Notes: generated by a model not told the origin, from the sequence alone. Numbered from the stretch's first letter, positions 12,130-25,015 are shown. The stretch: DNA of 64,000 bases from Torpedo marmorata (GCA_977017645.1 OZ360220.1:30504001-30568000), one strand, 5' to 3'. Program-made: numbers and translations.

Positions 12130-14200
12130 ACTGAAATCCAGGAATATTCAGAATCCATTCCTGACCTGGTGCCAGCCAAGTCTCTGTAATGGGCACTACA
12201 TCATAGTTCCATGTATGTATCCAAGCTCTCAGTTCATCACCCTGATGCTTCTTGCATTCAAGTACATGCACTTTAGCCCTTCTACCTTACTACTTTCATA
12301 CCCTATATTCTGCTTCTTCTTCCTCAAAGCATCTCTAAATGATTGATCTGGCTTTACTCCATGCACTTCTTCCACTGACCTACCGCTCCGGGTTCCATCC
12401 CCTTTGCTAACTAGTTTAAACCCTCCCGAACCACACTACCAAACCTGCCCGCAAGGACCTGCTCCCCCTCGAGTTCAGGTGTAAGCCATCCATCTGTACA
12501 GGTCCCACCTTCCCCTTAAGAGATCCCAATGATCCAAAAATCTAAAATCTTGACTCCTGCACCAACTTCTCAGCCACGCATTCACCTGCCATCTCCTCCA
12601 ATTCTTACCGTCACTATCACGTATCGCAGGCAGCAATCCTGAGAATGCTACCCTTGAGGTCCTGTTCTTCAGCCTTCTGCCTAGCTCCCTAAACTCACTC
12701 TTCAGGACCTCGTCCCTTTTCCTACCTATGTCGCTGCTTTCCCTCTCGCACCAGAATGCCGTGGACCCGATCAGAGATATCTCGGACCCTGGCTCCCGGG
12801 AGGCAACATACCATGCGGGTGTCTTTCTCATGCCCACAGAATCTCCTGTCGGCCCGTTGAGGGAGCCAACGGTGGTTTTATTTAAGATCCCACGACCACG
12901 GGGTCTGCGCCCAAGATGGCAGTGCCTTTTACCCGGCAGCAGCCACGATGGGCTGCAGACTACGGGGAAGAGGAGGACTGGAGCAGGGCACCAGAGGATG
13001 GGAAGATCACCCTCCGTCTGAGAAGGAGAAGCGGAGGAGACAACCCACAGGACGGTGACCAGGGCAGCGGACCAGTGAGGGGCTCTGAGGCTGAAGGACC
13101 AGTGCATGCAGCGGGCTGCTGGCGACTCGAGGCGAGGAACCCGCGGAGGCTGTGGGCTGCTGGAGACTGCTGTCAGGGGACTCACGCCGGGCTGCGGACT
13201 GCTGGAGGCTGGCTCGAAATGGCTGGAGGAGTACCAGGTATCGGAACCGGGAAGCGAGGGGGTGCCGAGGGCGCCCTGACCGTGTTGGAGGTTCGGATCT
13301 GGAGCTCGGGTTGCCGATGGTTTGAACTGGACTGTGTGTGGCTGCGGAAGCACTGGAGGCGAATCTACGGACACTTGGTGACTCTGGGGGGACTCTATTT
13401 TGCTTCTCTTTCTCTGACTGTAAGGAATGTAAGAGGCGCTTAGACAATTTCTGCCGGTGGCGAATCTGTCTGCCTTGCAGCAGGCAAAAAGAAATTTCAT
13501 GGAATATAACACTGTTTTATTACTATGACAATAAATTGAATCTTGAACTTTCGAGTCCCCTATGACTACAGCTCTCCTCTTCTCTGTCCCACCCTTCTGC
13601 ACCACAGGGCCAGGCTCAGTGCCGGAGGCCCTGCCACCGAGGCTCCCTCCTGGTAGATCATCCCTCCCAAAAGTATCCAGGACAATGTACATATTATCCA
13701 GGTAAATGGCCACAGGGGTGCTCTGCACTACCTGCCTGCTCCCCTTCGCTTTCCCCTCTCTGTCACCCAACTACCTGCTTCTGGCAGCCTAGGTGTGACT
13801 ACCTCCCTGTAGCTCTGATCTATGACTGCTTCATTCTCCCTTATGAGCCGAAGGTCTTCCAGCTGCTGCTCCAGATTCCTAACACAGTCTTCCAGTTCGC
13901 CCATCTGCATGCACTTCTGGCAGATGTGGCTCTCCGGGAGAGGGGAGTTACCCCAGGACTGCCAAATCTCACATGTGAGGCCCATCACTGACTCAGGAGT
14001 TATTTTAAACGCTCTAACTATGCCCTCACCTAGCATGCCAGATACTCACCTCAGACTCTGCTCGCCTAAATCTCTTGAGCCAAAGCCTCAACTCCCCACT
14101 CCTACTCTGACCCACTCACATGATGGCCGCTCCGCTTATACCGCCCACCAATTTAAAGCAGCCGGGTCTCGCAGTCTCTCACTCAAGTCCCTTACACTCA
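12130..14200 (-). mobile_element. CR1 5' region: ORF2 start, ORF1 (zinc finger/leucine zipper plus SGNH esterase) and 5' UTR
   Basis: ORF 13728-14036 has HICQKCMQ...VRNLEQQLEDLRLIRE. RRAVVIGDS and NAWLRSWCRSQDFRFLDHW are esterase motifs. Confidence 0.85.
12848..13548 (+). mobile_element. GC-rich non-autonomous retroposon, copy A (5'-truncated), inside CR1 ORF1
   Basis: Homologous to copies B-E; ends tgacaataaattgaatcttgaac. Confidence 0.8.
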
Positions 14201-14213
14201 AAAGACTACCGCA

Positions 14214-14815
14214 GCACCGACCCGTGGAAGGCCGCGGGGTCGCCGCATCACCGAACCATGGAAGGCAGTGGGGTCGCCGCATCACCAACCCGTGGAGTCG
14301 CCGCGTCACCGACCCGGGGAAGGCCGCGGGGTCGCCGCATCACCGACCCGGGGAAGGCCACGGGGTCGCTGCATCACCGACCCGTGGAAGACCGTGGGGT
14401 CGCTGCATCACCGACCCGTGGAAGACCGCGGGGTCGCTGCATCACCGACCCGTGGAAGGCCGCGGGGTCGCTGCATCACCGACCCGCGGAAGGCCGCGGG
14501 ATCGCCGCACCACCGATCCTGGGAAGGCCACGGGGTCACTGCATCACCGATTCTGAGAAGGCCACGGGGTCGCCGCATCACCGACCCGTGGAAGGCCACG
14601 GGATCGCCGCATCACCGACCCGTGGAAGGCCACGGGATCGCTGCATCACCGACCCGTGGAAGGCCGCGGGGTCGCTGCATCACCGATCCTGAGAAGGCCA
14701 CGGGGTCGCCGCATCACCGACCCAGGGAAGGCCACGGGGTCACTGCATCACTGACCCAGGGAAGGCCACGGGGTTGCCGCGTCACCAACCCGTGGAAAGC
14801 CGCAGTGTCCACCGA
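14214..14815. repeat. GC-rich 34-bp minisatellite, ~17 units
   Basis: Unit caccgacccgtggaaggccgcggggtcgctgcat, head-to-tail with no spacers. Confidence 0.95.
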
Positions 14816-14849
14816 CCTGCGTCACACACACCTACTCAGTACATGAAAG

Positions 14850-15055
14850 CATCGAGCCCGTGCCGCCAAAATACCCCAATTAACCTACAACCCCAGTAGG
14901 TTTTTGAATGGTGGGATGAAACTGGAGCACCCGAAGGAAACCCATGCAGACAAGGGGAGAACATACAAACTCTTTATAGACAGCGCTGGATTCGAACTTG
15001 GGTTGCTGGTGCTGTAATAGCGTTGCGCTCACCGCTACGCTAACCGTGCCTCCCT
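14850..15055 (-). mobile_element. tRNA-derived V-SINE (HE1-like)
   Basis: Reverse-complement tRNA-like head (B-box gttcgaatcc) and V-domain ttctcccc...tgggtttcc. Confidence 0.85.
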
Positions 15056-15167
15056 AAAGATGCTTCTGCAGATGCAACAGAGGATCACTCGACTGTTCTT
15101 GAGATAAGAAAGGTGTATGGGGAGAAAATAAATCTTGAGAAATATTTATTATTTCAAAAGAATAAAA

Positions 15168-16015
15168 AGATCAAGATTCAATTTATTGTCATGTAATAAA
15201 ACAGTGTCATATTACACGAAATTGCTTTTGTCTGTTATAAGGCAGACATATTCACCATCGGCAGAAATTGCCTGAAACGCCTCTTACAGGCAGAGAAAGA
15301 GAAGCAAAAGAGAGTTCCCCACTGAGTCACCGAGTGTCCGTGGATTCGCCTCCAGCGCTCCCGCAGCCCCACAGAGTCCAGTCCAAATCATCGGAAACCC
15401 GAGCTCCAGATTCGAACCTCTGATAGATATTATTAGGAACACTTGAACGCCCTCGGCACTCTCTAGCATCCCGGTTCCGATACCTGGTACCCCTTCGGCC
15501 AGTTTCGAGCCAGTCTCCAGCAGCCCGTAGCCTGGTGCGAGTCCCTTGATCGCAATGTCCAGCAGCCCGCAGCATCCGTGGGTTCCTCGCCTCGAGTCAC
15601 CAGCAGCCCCGCTGCCTGTGTGGGTCCTTCAGCCACAGAACCCCTCACTAGTCCGCCGCCGTGGTCAACGTACCGTGGGTCGTCTCCTCTGCTTCTCCTC
15701 AGACTGGGGGGGGTGGTCTCCACATTTTATGGTGCCCTGCGCCAGTCCTCCGCTTCTCTGGAGTCTGCAACCCCTCGTGGCTGCTGCCAATCATAGGTGC
15801 CGCCATCTTGGGCCCAGACCCCGCGGTCATGGGATTTTAAATAAAGTACCGTCGGCTCCTTTAACGGGCTGCTCAAAGCCTGTACGGAATTGACGGCAGT
15901 CAAACTGGGCGGTTGGACCCTGCGGGAGCACTGTGTCGCTGCTCCCCGCTCTCCGTGGGTCCGCACCAGCGGCAGCGCTGGTGTTAGAGCAGCTCCAGCA
16001 GCGCCGCCATTTTTT
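15168..16015 (-). mobile_element. GC-rich non-autonomous retroposon, copy B (full-length)
   Basis: 5' aaaatggcggcgc head at ~16012; 3' tgacaataaattgaatcttga tail at ~15170. Confidence 0.8.
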
Positions 16016-16239
16016 TTTTTTTTTAAAAGGTGATCTCATTGAACAGTAGCTATCTCCCTCAACCAGAGAATCTCCAAACACATCATGATTTCAGCTATTA
16101 CAATGAAGAAATTGCTGCACACATAGTTGTGGACCATTGCAATCCTTTGTCCCAGAGACCACAGGTTCCATAGTTGCTGGGGTTGAGATTGATAGAGTTT
16201 TGGACTTGGGAAATGTTAGGTGAGATAAAAAATAGATGA

Positions 16240-16520
16240 CTTGGGTTAAGGATGAAAGGGGAAAAGTTTAAAGGGAACATTAGGGGGAGCTTCTTCACGC
16301 AAAGAGTGGCGGGAGTGTGGAACGAGCTGCCAGCTGAATTGGTGAATGCAGGCTCAATTTTGACATTTAAGATAAACTTGGACAGATACATGGACGGGAG
16401 GGGTATGGAGGGATATGGTCTGGATGCAGGTCAGTGGGACGAGGCAGAATGATATTTTGACACAGACAAGAAGCATCGAAGGGCCTCTTTCTGTGCTGCA
16501 GTGTTCTATGATTCTATGGA
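16240..16520 (+). mobile_element. CR1 3' fragment
   Basis: ORF 16252-16452 FKGNIRGSFFTQRVAGVWNELP, followed by the tail. Confidence 0.85.
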
Positions 16521-16682
16521 TGGGAGAAACAAACCACGATCACACTGAATGGCAGAGTGGGTTGATGAGATGCATCTTCCATTCACTCATGTCCTTGGAG
16601 ACAAAGCAATTCTTGTCACCAACGCCCAGATCCCCTAAAAAATTAATTCATGTAATTTAAAAAATAGCAGAGGTATAACAAT

Positions 16683-17765
16683 GCAATACACAAATGTGCT
16701 GGAGAAACTCAGCAGGTCACACAGCATCCATAAGAAATAAAGGGTAATCAATGTTTTGGGCCTGGGCCCTTCGTCAGGTATAAGCAAAAATAGGCAGGCA
16801 CTTGAATAAAAAGGTGGGATGAGGGGCAAGGAGGGGAGTGGGGAAGGGGCAGGGGAAGGAGCACAGGCTAACAGGTTAGAGGTCATAGGTGATGCAGGTG
16901 GGAGGGTAGGAGAGAAAAAAGCTGAGAAATGATGGGGGAGAGGGTAGCACTCTGATAGAAGGAAGGGAAGGGGTGGGGAGCTGGAGGAAATGATACAGAG
17001 GGATCGGGAAAGAGAGAGACTGGGGTATAAAATCACAAACTGTGTGCTACAACCTGCTGAGTTTTTCCAACACTTCTGTACACTGCGACAACTATTGCTG
17101 CCCTTTACATTGGTGCTTCAGCATTTGTAAGACCACTGTGACATCAAATGTTCACACCAGGAGCTGGAGTTAAACATGAAAGTCTGCAGACGCTGTGATT
17201 GTAGTAAAAACACAGATGCTGGAGGAACTCAGCCTCCCCCTAACAGACCCGAAACATTGGTAATATACCTTTACTTCCTATGGACGCTGTGAGACCCCCC
17301 CCCGAGTTCTTCCAGCATCTCCATGTTTTTACACCAGGAGCTGGGTTTGCTCTTAAATCTGGAGTTTATTGTCTGGGAGCGCTCTTCTCCTTTCCCAGGG
17401 CAGACCGTATCATTTATTCCTCTCAGCAGCACCATCTAGTGCTTGTATTTCACACTTTACATGCTCTGCACAGCATCTTTTGCATTAAAATGCCTAGTCA
17501 TGCCGAGTCAGGCCCTTCGGCCCACAGAGACTCCCCAACCATCATTTACACTAATGCCACTTTAGTCTCCCCTCAACCACCTCTACATTCTAACACTCAC
17601 CAGCACTCTCGAGGCTAATTACAGCCATGATTTGGGAGCCTGCCTCCATTTTGTCATACCTTGATGAAGGGCTCAAGCCCAAAACATCGGTTATGTATCT
17701 TTATCTTTGCTCCTAAAGTACACAGTTTGACCTGCTGCGTTTCTCCAGCGTTGTGTTTTTACTAA
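16683..17765. mobile_element. Cluster of Penelope pseudo-LTR fragments with hammerhead-like cores
   Basis: Recurrent acctgctgagtttctccagc motif. ctgacga-gggc/gccc-aaaac on the minus strand at 16753-16777; ttgatga-gggc/gccc at 17661. Insert 17168-17330 has a 14-bp TSD acaccaggagctgg. Confidence 0.75.
17427..17444 (-). promoter_or_regulatory. Candidate CTCF site
   Basis: Minus strand agcactagatggtgctg resembles the CTCF core CCACYAGRKGGCRS and lies in non-repeat sequence. Confidence 0.35.
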
Positions 17766-17984
17766 CTTAATCCCATTTTTTCTTTTCTCCACACATTCTC
17801 ATCAACAACCCATTCACACAATAGGGGACATTTACAATGGATTTAAGAAAAGAGAGGGTTATGGGTGTGAGGGGGGTAAAAATTAGATTGTTGTGGAGTA
17901 AGTTTACACAGGTCGACACAACATCATGGGCTGAAGGGGCTGTACTCTGCTGTAATGTTCTATGTTTAACCTAACAATTCATAC

Positions 17985-18125
17985 ATCTTTGGGATGTGGG
18001 AGGAAACCGGAGGCCCTGGAAGGAACCTACATGGTCCCAGGGAGAACCTGCAAACTCCACGCAGAAAGCACCTGAGGTCAGGGTTGAACCCGGGTCACTG
18101 GTGCCGCTGCGCCACTCTGCTGCCC
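17985..18125 (-). mobile_element. V-SINE, degenerate
   Basis: gtgggaggaaaccggag...ggagaac...caaactccac is the reverse-complement V-domain. Confidence 0.7.
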
Positions 18126-18128
18126 ATT

Positions 18129-21100
18129 ATTTTTCTTTTTTTAAAAATATTTTATTTAAAATTTTTAAATCACAAAATACATAAAATAAAATATAAAATT
18201 ATCAAAATACATGTGATACATTTTCACCCCCCCTCCCTCCCTCCCTTCCCTCCCACCCCTATTAATCAACTAAAATAAAAAAGAAAGAAAAAGATAAAAT
18301 AAGGAGAATGTCAATCTAAAAAAAAAACAACTATAAACTGATTTTATTGTGGAAGATAGGTTCGCCAGTCAGATCTGATATCCAGAGATCTTCAAATCCT
18401 TAAACCAACAATTTTTATATATGGGCTCCATATTTTCAAAAAGAAATGATATTTATTACGTAAATTATAAGTAATTTTTTCAAGTGGTATACATGAACGA
18501 AGTTCTGCATGCCATCTTTCTAACCCTAAATCTACATCAGATTTCCATGTAATAGCAATGCATTTCTTAGAAACAGCTAAAGCAATTCGCAAAAATTCTA
18601 TTTGATACATATTTAATTTCATCTTAATACTAATTCTTTTAATATCTCCAAACAAAAATATCATAGGATCCAATGGAAGATCAATACTTTATCTAAAAAG
18701 TTTTTAACTTTCAACCAAAAATCATATATCTTTGGACAAAACCATGTAGAATGTACAAAAGAACCTTCCTCTCTATTACATCTAAAACATAAACCTGATA
18801 ATGTCGAATTAAATTTCTTTAATTTTTTAGGCGTTAAATATAATTGATGAAAGAAATTATATTGGACTAATCTATATCTAACGTTAATCATCTTCATCAT
18901 ACTTAGTTTACATAATTCTTTCCAATGTTCTTCATCTATTGTTACATTCAAATCTGATTCCCATTTTAATCTTGATTTATGAATTCCTACTTTAGGGATT
19001 TTTCTCTGAAACAATCTGTACATTTGAGAAATAAATTTATTTACACCTCCATTAGTAACTAATAATTCTAGTTCACTCTGTCTTGGTAGAGTCAAACTAT
19101 AACCTAACTTCCCAACTAAAAATGCTCTAATTTGATAATAAGCAAAAAGTATATTGTTCAATACATTAAACTTATCTTTCATTCTTTGAAAAGTAATAAA
19201 TTTATTTTCTTAATTCCCTTTTGGAACCAAATTTTAAATAATTGATTATCAACAGTAAATGGAATAAGTTTATTTTGATATAAAGGCATTTTTCGAGAAA
19301 TCGACCCTTTCCCTCCTATCTCCCTATCCACTCTATTCCATATTTCTAACAAATGTTTAAAAATAGGAGAATTCTTCCCTCTTGTTAATAATAATTTAGA
19401 ATTCTATTTATAAATAACTTCTTTCAAATCTTCTCCTATATTATTTAGTTCTATTCTAATCCAAGCAGAAGACTTACCTAAATCAAACATTTCATTAACA
19501 AATTTTAATTGAGCTGCTTTATAATAATTTTGAAAATTAAGAAGTTGTAAACCACCCATTTCAGAATTCCAAGTTAACTTCTCCATACCTACTCGAGCCA
19601 ACTTTCCTTTCCACAAAAACTTCCTAATAATTAAATTTAAATCCTTAAAGAATTTCGAAGGGATTTCGTAAGGAATTGATTGAAAAAATATTGAATTCTT
19701 GGAAAGACATTCATTTTAATACAGTTTACCCTTCCTATTAAAGTTATAGGTAAATCCTTCCAACTTTCTAAATCTTTTTTAATTTTCATAAATAATGGTA
19801 AATAATTTAATTTATATAAATTAGCTAATTTTGTATCAATCTTTATTCCCAAATATTTAATTCCTTCCTTTGACCATTTAAATTGTGTAATTTCTTTACA
19901 TTTACTATAATCCCCTTGTGTCAATGCCATAATTTCACTTTTATCAGAATTAATCTTATAACCAGATATTTCCCCATATTCTTTCAATTGTATTAAAGAA
20001 GTAATAGGTTCTGTCTTATAAATCAATACATCATCTGCAAATAAACTAATTTTATGCTCTTCTCTTCCAACTTTAATACCTACAATCTTAGTATCTTGTC
20101 TAATTAATTCTGCTAAAGGTTCTATTGCTAAAATAAACAATGCAGGCGACAAAGGACATCCTTGTCTAGTTGACCTAGTCAAAGAAAATTTGGAAGAAAT
20201 TTGTCCATTTGTCACCACTTTAGCAGATGGTTCTTTATATATAGTTTTAATCCAATTAATAAATGTAGTTCCAAAACCAAATTTCCCCTATACCTTAAAT
20301 AAATAATTCCACTCTAATCTGTCAAAAGCCTTTTCAGCATCTAATGTTAATACTAATGCTAGGTCATCTTTTTTTTCCACATTAATTAAACTAATTAATC
20401 TAGCTATATTATCTTTTGAGTATCTATTCTTAATAAAACCAGTTTGATCTACATGGATTAAATCTGGTAAATAATTAGCCACTCTATTTGCTAAAATTTT
20501 TGCCATTGTCATATAATCCACATTTAACAATGAAATTGGTCTATATGATACTGTTTTCAACACATCTCTATCTTTTTTAGGAATAACTGTAATTATTGCA
20601 TTCAAAAATGTTTCCGGTAACAAATGAGTTTCCGTTATTTGTTTTAACACATCCATATATGGAGGTATCAATAAATCTTTAAACTCTTTATAAAATTCTG
20701 ATGGGAAACCATCCTCCCCTGGAGATTTACCACTCATTAAAGAACTAAGAACATCATTAACTTCCCTCATTGAAAAAGACAAATCTAAAAGTTCTTTACT
20801 TTGAATATTTAATCTAGGTAACTTAATTTTAGATAGGAATTCATTAATTTTAGAATCATCTTTATCAATTTGAGATTTATATAAGTTCAAATAAAAATCC
20901 TTAAAAGAATCATTTATTTCTCGAGGTTTATATGTTATTTTCTTGGAATTCTTTTTTATAGCATTTATAGTTCTAGAAGTTTGATCTTTCTTTAATTGCC
21001 ATGCCAAAACTTTATGTGCTCTTTCTCACAATTCATAATATCTTTGCTTAGTTCTTTCAATTAATTTTTCAATTTTATATGTTTGTAACATATTATAATG

Positions 21101-23919
21101 CAATTTTTTCCCAATTAAATTTTTCCTCTTTTCTTCTGATCTCTTTTTTTGCAAGTCCTTCTCCAAGAATTCAATCTCCCTCTCCAAATTATCCACCTCC
21201 CGAACATATTCCTTCTTAACTTTTGCTGAATAACTTATTATTTGGCCTCTTAAATAAGCCTTTAAAGCTTCCCAAATAATAAATTTATTATCAATCGAAT
21301 TAGAATTAATCTGTAAAAATTCTTGAATTTTTCTTATATAATTACAAAAATCCATTCTTTTTAATAAAGAGGAATTAAATCTCCACCTATATATAGTTTT
21401 TTCTTTTTCTGGAATTTTTCAAGACATTAATAAATCAGAAATTATTCTTGCTTTATAATGTGCTTGTGTTACCCTATCTTGTACTTGTGAGGACAATAAA
21501 AACATATCTATCCTAGAATATGAATCATGTCTAAAAGAATAAAAAGAATAATCTTTTTCTCTTGGATTCAACTTTCTCCAAATATCTATTAAATTTAAAT
21601 CTTTCATCAAAATTCTTTTAGCAATTTTAGTTTTAACAACTGATTTCGATATTTTATCCATTATCGGATCTAAACAACAATTAAAATCCCCACCAATTAA
21701 AATATTGTCATTAGCTTCTGACAAATGCATAAAAGAATCTTGAATGAATTGTTCATCTTCCATATTTGGTACATATATATTCATAAGTGTCCACATTTCT
21801 GAATATATCTGACAATGTATTAAAACATATCTACCTTCCACATCTATAACCACAGATTGTATTTTAAAAGGTAACTTTTTATTAACTAATATAGCAACTC
21901 CTCTTGCTTTAGAATTAAATGAAGATGTAACCACTTGACCAACCCATTCTCTCTTCAACTTCTGATGTTCTAAATCTGTCAAATGTGTCTCTTGTAAAAA
22001 AGCTATATCTACATTTAACTTTTTAATATACGCTAAAGTTTTCTTCCTTTTAATCGGGTAATTTAGCCCATTTATATTAATACTTACTACATTTATTGAT
22101 TTACTATCCACCATTACTAATTCTTAATAACTCTCTCTCCATCAGATCCACCAGCACCCTCTTCCACATTCGTAATCTATTTGACATCTCCTTAAAAAGA
22201 GAAAGAAAGACAAAGAAAATAAAAAAGAAACAAAACCCCACTGTATACAATACTGGCAAAATTACCCCAGTATTACCCCCCTCCGTTAATCGGGAAGTGG
22301 CCCTCGCCACTAAAGTGGTGTGCGGCTAGGAAGGAGAAAACAAAAAGTCCACCCCCCCCCAACAGATTTTACACAACTTTTATTATCATATCTTCATTTA
22401 GCTTCTTCAAGGTCCTTATGAACTTGGTCGTCATCAATCTCGATCCCGGCCTCATCCTCTTTTTCTGGTTTGATGGCGTAGGTTGGAGACGTGGAAATAC
22501 ACCTCTCTCCACAGATTTAATCAAAAACTGTTTATAAGAAACTTTATTTAGTTTTAAAATAAGTTAAGAGTGTTTAGTAAAGGCTTAAGAATGGCTACAA
22601 GAAAAACAAAAGAACAAAAGGCAAGGAAGTAGTGCTTCAACAAAGTTTATTTCAAGAGGAAGACCAGCCTACCTGCTTGATGGAGCCTCATGTTCAAGTT
22701 TCTCTCCCTTCCAGGAACACTCGGACGAGGGCGGCTAGAGCGATTGAAGCGCTGGCGCTGCCGTCCCGGGGAGCTGGGGAAGATGGCGCTGGTGCTCGAA
22801 GGAAGACGACAAAACTACAAATTTCAAGTGAGCAACCGCGCATGCACGAAACGGTGCGCATGCACGATAGACAACGGGAGCTGTCAGCTAAGGCTGATGG
22901 CAAAGGAGACGTCCCACAATCATTACAATATGATGTGGGACTTGAAACTTCATCAGATTCAGAAGATAAAAAGAGAGAGAAGAAAGAAGTAATGGAGGAG
23001 GAAATAGAAGAAATGGAGGGAGAGGCTGAAGAATCAAGTGGAGAAGAGATTGAAGTATCGGTAGCTCAACAAATACTTAAGGCTATTGATAACTTAACAA
23101 AGAAGATGTCAAAGATGGAACATCATTTGGAACTTAGACTTAATGGAATTGAAGAAGAAATGAAAGCTAACAAGCAAGATATGAGAAGACAGATAAATAC
23201 TGTGAATATAGTAAAAGAAATTGAAAAGGAGGTTAAAGAACATTATGAAGAAATGGTGGATTATAAAGATAGAGTTGATAAAGTAGAAGATTCATTTACA
23301 GGTTGGGAGCAGCAAAGAAATTAACTTACAAAAGATGGATGAATTGGACAATCAGAGTCGGAGGAACAACATTAAAATTGTGGGATTACCTGAAAATTTC
23401 AAAGGGTATGATACGACTGCATTCTTTCAAAAATGGATTCCAGATGCTCTGGGTATTGATAATTTTCCGTATGAACTGGAGTTAGAGAGAGCACATAGAG
23501 TTGGTAGGGGAAACCGTATCTTGGTCAAAGGCCACGTTCAGTTTTAGTTAAATGTCTTTGATATCCGGATAAAGAGAAGGTATTGAAATTAGCTATTCAA
23601 AACGCTAAGTCGCAGAATGGTCCATTGATGGTTCAGAAGAATCGAGTTTTCTTTTATCCTGATTTAAGTTCAGTTATAGTTAAAAAACGAAAGGAATTTA
23701 GTCCAGCAAAAGCGATTTTTTGGAATAAGAGATAAGTTTTCGTTTAGATATCCTGTGGTTTTGAAGGTTCAGTCTACAGGGAATCAATCTTGTTTTTTTA
23801 CGGATTGTCAACAAGCTTTCCAACATGCAAATTCTCTTCCGTATTTGAAGAAAGATCAAGATTTGATGGGACATCACCAAGTTCAAGATATTTCACCGTT
23901 GCAAGTTTCTTTGCCAAGT
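18129..23919 (-). mobile_element. Near full-length L1 with inverted 5' segment (ORF2 on minus 18392-22114; 5' UTR/ORF1 on plus ~22516-23919)
   Basis: Endonuclease start SININGLN...AFLQETHL, RT motifs and poly-T end at 18129. ORF1 motifs on the opposite strand (coiled coil, DNQSRRNNIKIVGLPE, LELERAHRV). 13-bp TSD tctgctgcccatt at 18116-18128 and 23920-23932 brackets both parts. Confidence 0.9.
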
Positions 23920-24397
23920 TCTGCTGCCCATTTCTAAAACTGATGTTTCAATCTAGATTTTATTTCAAAACTTGAAGTTCGACAGTTGCTCAGTGTGAGA
24001 GGAACCACAGGTTGAGACATTTGGGGCACGAGCTTGACTGAGGAACTAATGTGTAAAGTTACCATCCGCAGGATTATGACTGAACACCTCTAAATTGGAA
24101 TCCAGCCCAGCAACTAACCATGGTACCTCCCATGCTCCTCCCAGTGCCACAGATCAAGATTCAGTTCAGCTCATCCCCATTGAGAAAGCATGCTTTCACC
24201 ATTGGGCTCCCATACCCAAATGCCTGACAGAAGCAGGAAGCCATGGTGAATTTTCCAGCTACTGTTCAGGCCACACTTTTGGAAGGACTGATAGTCCTGG
24301 GGAAAGTGCAGCAAAGATTCCAAGGATCGGAGACTTCACATTATACTGAAGAGGCCAGTGTTGCTCTCGCTGGATGAAGGAAATTAAGAGATTTGAT

Positions 24398-25015
24398 GGA
24401 GAATCAGAATTTGTCATGAACATGTCACAAAATTTATTGTTTTTCAGCAGCATTAGTGTAAATATTGCTATAAATTACATTTAAAAATAAATGAATTAGT
24501 GCAAAAAACAAGAAAAAGTAAGGTAGTGTCTGTGGTTCATTGTCTATTCAGAAATCTGATGGCAGAGGGGAAGAAGCTGTTTTTGTGCCACTGGGTCTTC
24601 ACCTTCAGGCTCCTGTACCTTTTTCCCGATGGTAGCAGTGTGAAGAGGGCTTGGCCTGGGTGGTGAGGGTCCTTGAGTATTGAGGCTGCTTTCTTAAGAC
24701 ACCGCCTCATGTAGATGTCCTCGATGGTGTGAACACTGATGCCCATGATGGCACTGGCCGAGTTCACCACTCTCTGTAGTTTTTTCCTGTCCTGTGCATT
24801 GGCACCTCCATACCAGACAGTGATGCAACCAGTCAGAATGCTCTCCACCATACACTTGTAGAAATTTGCAAGAGTCTTTGGTGACATACCGAATCTCCTC
24901 AAACTCCTCATGAAGTATAGCTACTGGTGAGCCTTCTTCATGATAGCATCAACATGGAGGGACCTGGACAGATCTTCAGAAATGTTGACACCCAGGAATA
25001 TGAAGTTATTTACCC
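24398..25015 (-). mobile_element. Rex1/Babar-type LINE 3' fragment
   Basis: ORF 24537-24911 contains FYKCMVESILTGCITVWYG, HPGQALFTLLPSGKRY and SFFPSAIRFLN. Confidence 0.85.

Noticed and set aside
12475-13770. 431-aa ORF as a novel gene
   Set aside because: Chimeric read-through of CR1 ORF1 pieces and the antisense strand of an inserted GC-rich retroposon.
14214-14815. CRISPR-like array of palindromic ~34-bp repeats
   Set aside because: Units are contiguous with no unique spacers, there are no cas genes, and the context is eukaryotic; it is a minisatellite.
13822-14846. Repetitive ORFs of 190-244 aa
   Set aside because: Translations of the minisatellite in three frames.
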